Source of the DNA: Octopus vulgaris
Taxonomy: Eukaryota
Assembly (NCBI GenBank): GCA_951406725.2
Contig: OX597817.1
Coordinates: forward strand, 87,812,001 to 87,874,000
DNA length: 62,000 bases
Direction of reading: 5' to 3'
How positions within the stretch are numbered: the first letter of the stretch is position 1; each line of letters starts with the position of its first letter. This document shows, in pieces, positions 26,350 to 37,322 of the stretch. The notes under the pieces are model-generated. The model worked only from the letters and a program-made list of their open reading frames with translations, was not told the DNA's origin and made no database searches. Made by a program: the position numbers and the translations under genes.

Positions 26350-28345
26350 CAGAGGAGGAGGTAAATAGGGTAGTGACGATGTCAAGAAACTGGAAGACTA
26401 CTGAGATAGAATTGTTTCGCAGAGCTGGGGTGGATTGCCAAATATGATTCACCCAACAACCTTATTGTAGCAGCCCTGAAAAGCAACAGATTTGTCAGCT
26501 CCATGGTGCAAATAGGGCAGAAAAAAAATGAATTTATTTGCTCCTATGCACTCATCAGGGCACAATTGGATTAACTGGATACCATTTTTAAAAATGGTGA
26601 ATCTCCAAGTGAAACACCTGACACAAAGAACATTACCAATGTTGAAACCACATGTGGAAAGCTCAATAACGAAAGTAACAACAAGGCAGCCATTAATGAG
26701 GATATTTATGTTCACAGAGATGAAGAAATTGACAAAAGAAGGAAAATGAGAGCTCTTTAAAAAAGATAGCCCCCAACTCCACCTCTCAAAGTAGCAGAGA
26801 AGGTAAAGGAACCAACCAAAAGCTTAATGGAACAGAGTTCAGAGCCAAAGAAAAACCACAGAAAGAAACAGCAAAAGAAACAAAATGCTACAAGAAGTAC
26901 ATGACATCTGTAAATACCATCTAAAAGTTGTCTGCTGGAATGGAGAGATAGAGATGAAATTCCACTTTGCACATCGAAAGTTCAGACAGAACAGAACCCA
27001 AGGCAAAAAGCACTCTCTCCTTATCCAACAAGATAGGGTAAAACCATGCACAGATGAACTTGTATCCCAATACAGACTTGCAGTGAAGAAACCCACTAAA
27101 AAACTGTATGCAGCTTCAGTGCAAGCTGCAACCATAGAACAGCAGAATTTTTTTTAAGTGTGGCACAAAAGATGGTGCAGCAGCTGGCATGGTTGCAAAC
27201 AAAGCTAAGCTGTGCACACCCAAACACAATACTGCCATAGATAATAAACCTAGGATGTCTACCATTGCTGCAAAGCCAACCATCACACCTATTCTTCTGA
27301 TCAAACAACAAAACAACAGCAAGTGCAAAATTGCATACCTGAGGGATCTTTTTGCATGCAATCAAGATATATGCATTGCACTTAGGGAGATATATCTGTC
27401 TGCAGATATAAATGATGTAGAGATACATGTACCAATGTATGCTGCATTCTGTGCACAGAGAAGAAAATGAAGTCATAGCAGAGTTGCATTGTAAATCCAT
27501 GAAGATGTGATACTACTAACCCTGTTATCACATTCAAATTCAGTCTGTGACACACTCATAGTGCATTCAAAGCAATTTGATATAGTAATATGCACAGTGT
27601 ATCACCCACTCCATGGGTGATACACTGTGCAAATCACAATGGTAAATTTGAGGAGCAAAACACATTCATCTAGCCTTGAGGAACAAAACTAGATGAATGT
27701 GTTAATGTACTTCTGATGGGTGATTGCGACTTCCCCAACATCAGAGGGCCAAAAGGCAACTTAATCTCAGGAATGACACTCAAAGAGCACAATCAAGCAA
27801 TAACTCTACTTGATTCCATGCAATGCTGTTCATAGCACAAACCATACTCTCCCCAACCACAAACAATAAGATATTGGACCTCTACTTCACCAACAATGTA
27901 GAACTTTCCACAATTTGAAGATATCGCCAACAATCTTCTCAGACCAAAACATGATACAACCAACGATGCATGGTCCAGAACTAAATAATGATATATTCCA
28001 CACAGATGCCACCCAACCCCTATCAAATCTGAAGTTTTAGAAGGCTGACCGAGAATCAATTGAAAAATAGATACTTCAGCAAAATTGGCAAAAAAGTCTC
28101 TATGCAAGACATTGATATGAAATTTAAAGAATTCATGTCAATGATGTGAGCCCTATACATTAAATTTGTCACAGGCAAGAGAGCCTACATACAAAAACAT
28201 CATTCCTCAAGACAGAAGAGCTCTTTATGAGCTGAGGAATAAAGATCTCCAATCACTTAAGCAGCTTAATGTCAGTGAGAAATTCCTCCTCAAAGAACAT
28301 TCTTAGAGATCGAAAATAAACTCAGATTCTCTCTTAAAATATGAA
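26350..28345 (+). mobile_element. Old CR1/L2-group LINE 5' portion (ORF1 remnant plus APE endonuclease), pseudogenised
   Basis: ICIALREIYLSADINDVEIHVP (27189..27470), SRVAL, GDCDFPNI, PTTNNKILDLYFTNN, IFSDQNMI: canonical APE motifs in order, with frameshifts; boundaries approximate. Confidence 0.8.
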
Positions 28346-28727
28346 AATGAATTTTAAAGCCTTCCACAAGTTTGTGTGTGTGCGTGTGTGTGTGTGTGTG
28401 CTTGTGCGTGTGTTTGTTTGTGTGTATGTCAGAGTCAGTGCATGAACTGGGAATCCACAGAAAGGATTATTATTTGTTAGCTAGTTAATCAATTGACTAT
28501 TCACTTGCTTGATTAATTGTTTGATCAATCACTCAACCAACCAATTTCTTAGAGAGCTTTCATCACCATTCACAACTACATCAATTATATGACATAGTAG
28601 TTACTCCAGATCAAATGATCAATCAAGCAATCAAGTAGTTAATTGGTTTACTAGTTGACTAATAATAATTAAAAGAAGAGAGTGTGTACATTTCTTATAG
28701 ACCAAATGACCCTCCCAAGACACAACT

Positions 28728-28761
<34 letters not shown>

Positions 28762-31059
28762 TGTATGTATGTATGTATGCATGCATGCATGCATGTATGT
28801 ATGTATATTTGTATGTATGTATGTATGTATGTATGTATGTATGTATGCATGCATGCATGTATGTATGTATATTTGTATGTATGTATGTATGTCAGTCAGT
28901 CACCATCATCATTTAACATCTTTTTTTGTGCTGGGATGGATTAGACAGTTCAACAGGAACCAAAGAGTCAGCAGGCTATGCTGAGCTCCAGTATCTGCTC
29001 TGGCATGGTTTTTACTGAAGGCTGTCCTTCCTAATGCCAACAACATAAGAGAGTATGTCAGATGCTTTTACTATGGCACCAGCATTATTAAGGTCACCAA
29101 GTACTACAAGAGAAGCTCTCTAAACTAAGTGGGGTATAGTGTTGAGGGATGTGAAAGTATGACTGAGGGATGGGAACAGGTCTTGTTGAAATGGTGAATG
29201 TATGGAAAGCTGGAAAGTGAGGTAGATGGTGAGGGCATACTTTCAAGGTACAAGGTCAGTATGAAGGAGAAAATAGTGGGAAGAGAAAAAGTGGGTGGGT
29301 AGGTAAATGCACTACAATTTGAAAAGATTGTGACAAGATGATTGGAGATGAGGATTGAAGTGGACACAATGAATATCAATTTGAGGGAGAGGGAGTAAAG
29401 GAAATAGATGTGTGTCAGGGATGGGGGGCAGTGAGTGCATGCTATTGACAATGCCCATGGTGGCAGAAATGCACACCAAGCATTCTCACTAGCTGCAGGA
29501 TAATTTTGTCTGCTTCTGATATATATTGTATTTTTAAACACAGCATATTCATAAGAGATATTAGCTCTTGATAAATACAGCAGTAAATTTGTTTTTTCAT
29601 GATGTATTTACATTCAGTATGGTACACAGAAGTCTATTATAATTTCATACTGCTTTTGTTGCATATAACAGATGTGTGTGTGAATGTGTGTGTGTGTGTG
29701 TGTGTGTGATGTTCATTATATTGCTTGTGTGGCGAAAAATATTCTGTCTTTTGTTTTTACTTTATCTTTTTCTTTCCAAATCATGTTTTGTCTACACTCT
29801 TTCTCACTTGGGAACATGTTTGATTCAACTTATTACTTTCGTTACCACATTTAATATTGTTATTCACTATTTATTTTCTGGCTTATCGCCATGTTACATT
29901 TCTCACCTGTCTCTCTTACAACTGAAACTTCATCATACTTACAGTTCATAGCACTTTCTAATTTAAACGAGCTTCTAATTTAAAATTCTGTTTCAAACAA
30001 CCGTTATCTAATTTCATCTGTTGGCTTATTGTTATGTATTGAATCTGTTATGTGTCAAAATATAACAAATCTGTAGTGGTTTTATGTTTACATTACCAGT
30101 TACTATCTTCCTTGCTTCTGGCTACATTGCACACTTATGGAATTATTGTTGAATACCTGTATAACTTTGGATATTTAATATCAAAATGCTGAGCTAAGCT
30201 GGCATGAATTAAAAGCAAGATAACAAAGCTAAGTGAAAATAAACAAATATAGATGTACTGAGATGTAAGATAATCTGAATTTGTCTGAATAGTGATTTCC
30301 AAGTTAAAATGTTTGAATTCAAGAGCAGTTTGTTGATGCAGCAGAAGCCTTTCGACTATTTTCTTTGATGTCGGTTTTGTGTGGGTTTTTGTTTTAACCC
30401 TTTGACTCATTAGTATGTTTGAATTTCAGACCTACATATTCATACATAAATATTAGTGAAACTATCACAATGTTGATACCTCACCAACTAATTCTAATTA
30501 GTTAGTGAAAGTGTTGACCTCATGAAGTGGCCACAATAATGAGCCCACTTACTAACAAATTGAAACTGAACATTACACCACTTGATGATGTTAGACAACC
30601 TTATGAAATGATTAGCAATAAAAAATCAATGAGATCAGAGAGCCCCTTGATTTATATGAATGCAGTGGATATCTAATTATTTTTACACTGAATAAGCTAA
30701 ACTAATGATGTAAACAACCGTCCAGTCATTTTGTTTTTCTTTTTAGTTATTACCTACTTAGTGTGTTTTCACTAGAATTCTGCATTCTCTGTAATCATTC
30801 TAAGATCTTCAGTAACAGCTGAAAATTCTATGGTGATGAGGTCTTGTAAGATTGAAATATTTCCAAAGTTGCCCTCTTACTACCAAGTATTAAATTCAAC
30901 TTTCCACTACCTTCAATTTTTTTTTTTTTTTTTTTAATTTCAATTCTGACTGTTTCTCTTGACTTTCTTCATCAAAATTAATCATTAAGATAATTTTTTT
31001 TTTATTGTCAATAGAAATTTAGTTTGAATTGATTAAAACTTCTTGGCTCACTGCATTCA

Positions 31060-31395
31060 CTATAGTGACTCCCATGTCTGTCACTACTATCACTATGGTA
31101 ACACCCATTTCACTCCATTCCCTATGATAACTCCCACTTCTCTACTATCACTATGGTAACGCCCACTTCACTGATGATGCCAGCAAGTTGGCTGCCAGAA
31201 GGGAATATCTTCTGATATTTCATTTACTTTAGTATAATGAACAGCATTAAGGAGAGTACCAATATGTAGATTCCCCCAGCACCACTATCAATATGCAAAT
31301 TACATCTATCTCACTACCAATATGTAAATTACCTCTATATCACTATCAATTTGTAAATTACCTCTCCACCATGACCAATATGTAAATTACCTCTA
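31060..31395. repeat. Two adjacent 29-bp minisatellites
   Basis: ctatg(g/a)taac at 31093, 31122, 31151; caat at 31260, 31289, 31318, 31347, 31376. Confidence 0.85.
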
Positions 31396-32317
31396 GTATC
31401 AGTTCCTGTAAATATCTGAATTTACGAAACCATCCAATTATTGCCAGAAAACAAAAATAGATTGAAAAATATTTTCAAAAAATCAACTCTGTTTTTCTAA
31501 TCATTCATTAAATGACAACCTTGGCCTAACATACCACTTGAGTGGTTATCACTTGTTAACAAAATTCCTGATGTTGCAAACATTCAAACCAGATCTCCTG
31601 GTTCTCTTCACATCCTTATTTTTCTTGTAGGACCTCTGGGTGGATGCTGGCTATAGCACTCTCACCAGTCTGAGTAAGTTATGGGCATTGCATAACCTTC
31701 TCTGATTAAAATACAACGTGGGAAATTGCTTTTATTTTGCATTTCCTCTTTGTCTTTTATCTTTTGTCTTTTACTTGTCTCACTCATTGGCATACAACCA
31801 TACTGGGCCACTGCCTTGAAGTGTTAAGTTGCACAAACCAACCCCAGCACATATTTTTAAACCTGGTACTTACTCTGTCAGTCTCTCTAGCCAATCCACT
31901 CAATTATGGGGGCATAAATAATCCGCACCAATTGTCAAGTTATGGTAGGAAACAAACTAACACACACACATATACAAGGGGGTCTTTTTCTGTTTCTGTC
32001 TACCAAGTCCTCACACTACACTTGGGTTAGCCTTGTGAATTGATTTGGTAGACTCAGACTGGTGAGAGTACTGTAGCCTGCATCCAACCAGAAGACCTAC
32101 AAGAAAAGTGTGGATGCAAAGAGAACCAGAAAATCTGGTCTGAATGTTTGCAACATCAGGAATTCTGGTGAAAAGTGATAACCAGTGAAGTGGTATATGA
32201 GGCCAAGGTTGTCAATTAACAAACCCAAGACCACATGGTTGGGAAGAAAGCTCCTTAACAACTCAGTTATGCCTGTTCCTTTTTTACTCATATTTTAATT
32301 CTTTCTTTGTTTTGTAG

Positions 32318-32459
32318 ATTTCTCACTGAAGTCTTAGAAAGTAGCCTCAAGTTAATTTGTTGCAGCAAGACCAGCAATGCCAGTAGCCAAACATCATTAG
32401 AAGCTTTGCATTTATTTGCTTTGTTTGACTATAAAGCAACATGGTTTTCAAAGTGGATG
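32318..32459 (+). CDS. TBC1D32: TBC1D32 exon: (K)FLTEVLESSLKLICCSKTSNASSQTSLEALHLFALFDYKATWFSKWM
   Basis: tttgtAG acceptor, ATG|gtaagt donor; 142 nt, phase 2 to 0; resembles recalled YMEEIVESTLSLL...FALVDTKAVWFKKWM. Confidence 0.92.
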
Positions 32460-32713
32460 GTAAGTTAGTCACTGTATTTTACTATTTGTTTTTCTTGCAG
32501 CAGATGTCACTGGGTATTTTAACTCCAATTATACTCTTACATTATCTTGCTACTCAGTGTTCTATATTATCCTATATTATCTCCAGTCATTCTAAGATCT
32601 ACAGTAACAGTTTATATTTCACTGATGGAGTTTGATATAACTGCAATATGTTTGGAGATGTCATTTATTCCCTACACTTATAATCACTCTCCACTAATCC
32701 GGGTTTTTAATTA

Positions 32714-33914
32714 TTGGGTCATCCCATAAATAACGCAGTTTTTTTATACTTCTTTTATTTTTCAAAATTAAGATAACAAAGTTCTTTTTTAATCTAAAAT
32801 GTACTCTCTTTCATTTTCTACAATGCTCTTCCATCCGTCTGGTAGACTTCCAAAATTTATTTGTCCATGATGAAAAATACTCCTCCAGTACTGTTCTGAC
32901 CTTGTCTACAGAATTCATATTTTTTCCGTCCAAATGATTTTGAAGACTGCGAAATAAATCAGCTGCTCCAGCCTTTGAAATGTTATCCTCACTGTATATG
33001 GCCTAGCATTATCCTGATGGAAGAACACCTTTTGTCTTGAAACCAAAGATGGTTGCTTTTCTTCTAGTGTTGACTCACTATTCTAGCACTGACTCACCAC
33101 TCAAGTTCCGCACCATAGATCTCCTTTGTTATTGTTTGGGTTGGATTTAAAAATTCAAAGTGGACTAAGCCTTTCATTTCCCACCAAACAGATAACAACA
33201 CCTTATGTGGATGTTGTTATCTTTAGCCTGGGGTGCCACTGTTTCTTCTTTCCCTACCCACTGTCTTTGGTACTTGACATTCTTACAGAGAACGCATTTC
33301 TCATCACCAGCCACTATTCAGTCCAAGAAAGGATCATTTGTGAGATGTGACAGCAACGAAGAGCACACATTCACTCTCTGTGCGTGATTAGATTCAGAAA
33401 GTTTGTGAAGAACTGATTGACCAAATTTGCTGACTTTTCTGATGGCATGCAGGTGTCGATGAATGGTTCAATGACCAAAGTCAAGCTTCTCTGCTAGTTC
33501 CACCTGGATTTGCAGGACATTCTTGTCAAGCTCTACAGATCTTCCATGACATGGCTCTTCTAGGCTGTAGTTACTGGCTCAGAATTTCTAGAATCACCAT
33601 TGACACTGGCTTACGCTTATTGTCCAATCTCCTTATACTGCATTAATATTCCTTGCACTTTCCATTGCAATGTTGCCTTTATTGAACTCATAAAGCAAAA
33701 TATGCTGAATATGCTCCTTTGTCACTTCCATTATAGCTTTGAAAAAATAATTGTTAAAAGTGAACTGCACTTGTCAAAACTTGCACTAAAAATAAGTACA
33801 AGGTAAAATTACTACCTGCTTTTATAGCAAGTTGATGCAGGTAGTTTATCCTGTCCTCCTTCTACTTTTAGTTCATGCAATTGAAAAAACTGCATTATTT
33901 ATGGGATGACCCAA
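32714..33914 (-). mobile_element. Near full-length mariner transposon with 30-bp TIRs and TA target duplication; dead transposase (32789-33731)
   Basis: TIR ttgggtcatcccataaataacgcagttttt versus aaaaactgcattatttatgggatgacccaa (1 mismatch), TA at 32712 and 33915; MEVTKEHIQHILLYEFNKG...GDEKC...KVLLSVWWEMKG...HQDNARP...LFRSLQNHLDGK...EYILD*. Confidence 0.93.
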
Positions 33915-33975
33915 TACTTATAATTTCAGTTCTAGGGTTGTCTCCCTTGTATTTCTTCACCAGAATTAATTTTTA

Positions 33976-34020
33976 TATTAGTATTAGTATTGTCCCTTTG
34001 ATCCTCGGTCGACAGTTTGC

Positions 34021-34078
<58 letters not shown>

Positions 34079-34397
34079 TACTATTTTCAGCTTCGCCTCG
34101 TATTGCATATTATTTCTCCATACAGGGGTTTTTTTCAATGGCGGCCCATTTTCGCGGGTTCCACTATTTCCCTTCTCTCTCTCCCTCTTTTACGTTGTCT
34201 GCCATCCCCCTCTTCCTTTGCTAAGAGCATTTTTAAGCCAGCCCGTCATATTCCCGTGTCAGGCCGAAGAACGAAATGTTCCCAAGATAAGAGAGTCTTT
34301 CTAATCTAATGTTGTGGTTGAGCTGTTTATTATTTATTATTATTACTATTATTATTAGTATTAGTATTGTCCCTTTGATCCTCGGTCGACAGTTTGC

Positions 34398-34449
<52 letters not shown>

Positions 34450-34769
34450 TACTATTTTCAGCTTCGCCTCGTATTGCATATTATTTCTCCATACAGGGGT
34501 TTTTTTCAATGGCGGCCCATTTTCGCGGGGTTCCACTATTTCCCTTCTCTCTCTCCCTCTTTTACGTTGTCTGCCATCCCCCTCTTCCTTTGCTAAGAGC
34601 ATTTTTAAGCCAGTCCGTCATATTCCCGTGTCAGGCCGAAGAACGAAATGTTCCCAAGATAAGAGAGTCTTTCTAATCTAATGTTGTGGTTGAGCTGTTT
34701 ATTATTTATTATTATTACTATTATTATTAGTATTAGTATTGTCCCTTTGATCCTCGGTCGACAGTTTGC

Positions 34770-34815
<46 letters not shown>

Positions 34816-35135
34816 TACTATTTTCAGCTTCGCCTCGTATTGCATATTATTTCTCCATACAGGGGTTTTTTTCAATGGCGGCCCATTTTCGCAGGGTTCC
34901 ACTATTTCCCTTCTCTCTCTCCCTCTTTTACGTTGTCTGCCATCCCCCTCTTCCTTTGCTAAGAGCATTTTTAAGCCAGCCCGTCATATTCCCGTGTCAG
35001 GCCGAAGAACGAAATGTTCCCAAGATAAGAGAGTCTTTCTAATCTAATGTTGTGGTTGAGCTGTTTATTATTTATTATTATTACTATTATTATTAGTATT
35101 AGTATTGTCCCTTTGATCCTCGGTCGACAGTTTGC

Positions 35136-35184
<49 letters not shown>

Positions 35185-35363
35185 TACTATTTTCAGCTTC
35201 GCCTCGTATTGCATATTATTTCTCCATACAGGGTTTTTTTCAATGGCGGCCCATTTTCGCGCGGTTCCACTATTTCCCTTCTCTCTCTCCCTCTTTTACG
35301 TTGTCTGCCATCCCCCCTCTTCCTTTGCTAAGAGCATTTTTAAGCCAGCCCGTCATATTCCCG
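33976..35363. repeat. Tandem array of ~3.7 near-identical CpG-rich monomers (377, 372, 366 bp, then a truncated copy), each with (TAT)n tracts
   Basis: Anchor gtccctttgatcctcggtcgacag at 33992, 34369, 34741, 35107; fourth copy breaks at catattcccg (35363). Confidence 0.95.
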
Positions 35364-35861
35364 GTGCACCCGCCCTTGCCCACCCCCACCACCAATACCG
35401 GATATCTCTATATTTTTGCTCCATCTATACCGGATGTCGCTTCTCCCACCACCATTATAGGTGTCTACTCTTCGAACCCCCTCTTCAATACGCTATTTCA
35501 CCATGCATTACCCCTCTCTTGATATCCTACGTTCTACTTGCCTAGAACCTGTCATCATTTCTCTGAACCACCCCTCCCCACTGGTGCTCCCCTATATTTC
35601 TGCACCCCCCCACCCACAAAAAGCACCATCCGAACGTGGCCGATGCCAGACCCCTCTGGCACCTGTGCAGGTGGCACGTAAAAAACACCCACTACACTCG
35701 CGGAGTGGTTGGCGTTAGGAAGGGCATCCAGCTGTAGAAACACTGCCAGACTAGACTGGAGCCTGGGGCAGTCCCTAGCTCCCCAGACCCCGGTCGAAAC
35801 CGTCCAACCCGTGCTAGCGCGGAAAACGGACGTTAAACGATGATGATGATGATGATGATGA
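35364..35861 (+). mobile_element. Young CpG-retaining RTE-tailed short element ending in (GAT)n
   Basis: gtggcacgtaaaaaacaccc...gaagggcatccagctgtagaaac...ccgtccaacccgtgctagcgcggaaaacggacgttaaacgatgatgat; same tail as the RTE LINEs but with CpGs intact. Confidence 0.85.
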
Positions 35862-36572
35862 AGTTGCTCTTCTCATTACAGATCTAATTTGAATTAAAAT
35901 TTCTTGGATTATTCCATTACTTATGTTAGTGCCCACTTCACAATCTGGTATAAGTCCTCTTTTGATGGCTCTTTATGGTCTTATTGTCAACAAACAAAAA
36001 CCAAATACCCTGACATTCTTCCCAACCACATTGTCCCAGGTTCAGTCCCACTGCATAGCACCTTGGGCAAATGTCTTCTACTATAGCTTCAGGCCAACCA
36101 AAGCCTTGTAAGTGGATTTGGTATATGGAAACTGAAAAAAGCCCATCGTTTATATGTATGTGTATGTCTGTCTGTCTTTGTGTCTATGTTTGTCCCCCAC
36201 CACCACCACTTGACAAAAGGTGTTAATGTGCTTACATCCTCATAACTTAGCAATTTGGCAAAAGAGACTGATAGGATACGTACCAAGCTTTACAAAAAAT
36301 AATAAGTACTGTAGGTAATTTGTTTTACAAAAATTCTTCAAAGCAGTGCTCCAGCATAGCTACAGTTTAATGACTGACACAAGTAAAAGATAAAAGAGAA
36401 AAGACGGTGTAGAGTGATACAGAGGTCTTTACTAGTTAAAGCAATCCTATTCTTGTGAGTCTATTTCTAGCAGCTTGATGATTTCAACAATGAAATAATT
36501 CATAATTTTGATTTTATTCTGTATGAAAAGCAAATGAAATTCATGTATTGCTTTTCTTGTTTTACTTTTCAG

Positions 36573-36629
36573 CATGGTGTTTGCAGCCGGGCTCCTTTGC
36601 TGAAACTCTTAGAAACTTACCAATACTTG
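36573..36629 (+). CDS. TBC1D32: TBC1D32 exon: HGVCSRAPLLKLLETYQYL
   Basis: ttttcAG acceptor, TTG|gtaaat donor; 57 nt, phase 0 to 0; resembles recalled [20 protein letters not shown]. Confidence 0.9.
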
Positions 36630-37100
36630 GTAAATATTTTTATTTTTTATTTTTTGTAAACAATATTTGATACTTGTTTGTAATCATTTGATGGGGATTA
36701 TGTTGGTAACAATTGTAGTACAAGATACATAACATGATATAATCTTAAACTAGATTAGTGGATTAGGTTTATAACAACTGTAGTACTGGATTAGTGGATA
36801 AGGTTTACATCAAATGTACTATTAAATATATAACATGATGTAATAATGAAATCCAGAAGTGGATTAATTTTATAGCAAATGTAGTACTGGATACATAACA
36901 TAAAGTGATCGTAAGCTAGATTAGTGAATAAGGTATAAGTTCTGATGGATATATTTTGGCTGGTTTCTGAGTGAAACCTTTTATTCTGTATTTTATTCTA
37001 TATTTCCTAGCTGTCAGAAATAGAAACCACATCATATAAGAATGTTACTTGTAATAAACTGACATCTTATCAAACAAGGGTGGAGTTATTTCTTCTCCAC

Positions 37101-37322
37101 TTAACCCATTAGTTACTGCATTTATTTTGAGATGCTCTGTGTTTCTTTCAATTACTTTCAATATAACAAAGAATTTAGTAAAATAACTTAGTTATCATTC
37201 AGCTAGTGTTAGGAACATAAATTGTGACTCAGGTTTGGTGGAAGATTTTAATTCAAAATTTATGAAAATAAGACATTTGTACGCAGAACCAGTTTCAGCC
37301 GGGTTGGTAATGAACAGGTTAA
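37101..37322. mobile_element. TTAA-flanked piggyBac-like MITE, family 1
   Basis: TTAA-ccc...gttac to gtaa...ggTTAA; second copy at 51076-51303 with high similarity. Confidence 0.75.

Noticed and set aside
33976-35363. CRISPR-like or rDNA/snRNA tandem array
   Set aside because: No repeat-spacer alternation, eukaryotic intron, and no recognisable rRNA/snRNA motif.
33875-35545. Repeated 88-144 aa ORFs with poly-Ile/poly-Tyr
   Set aside because: Artefacts of (TAT)n tracts within the tandem monomers; frames shift between copies.
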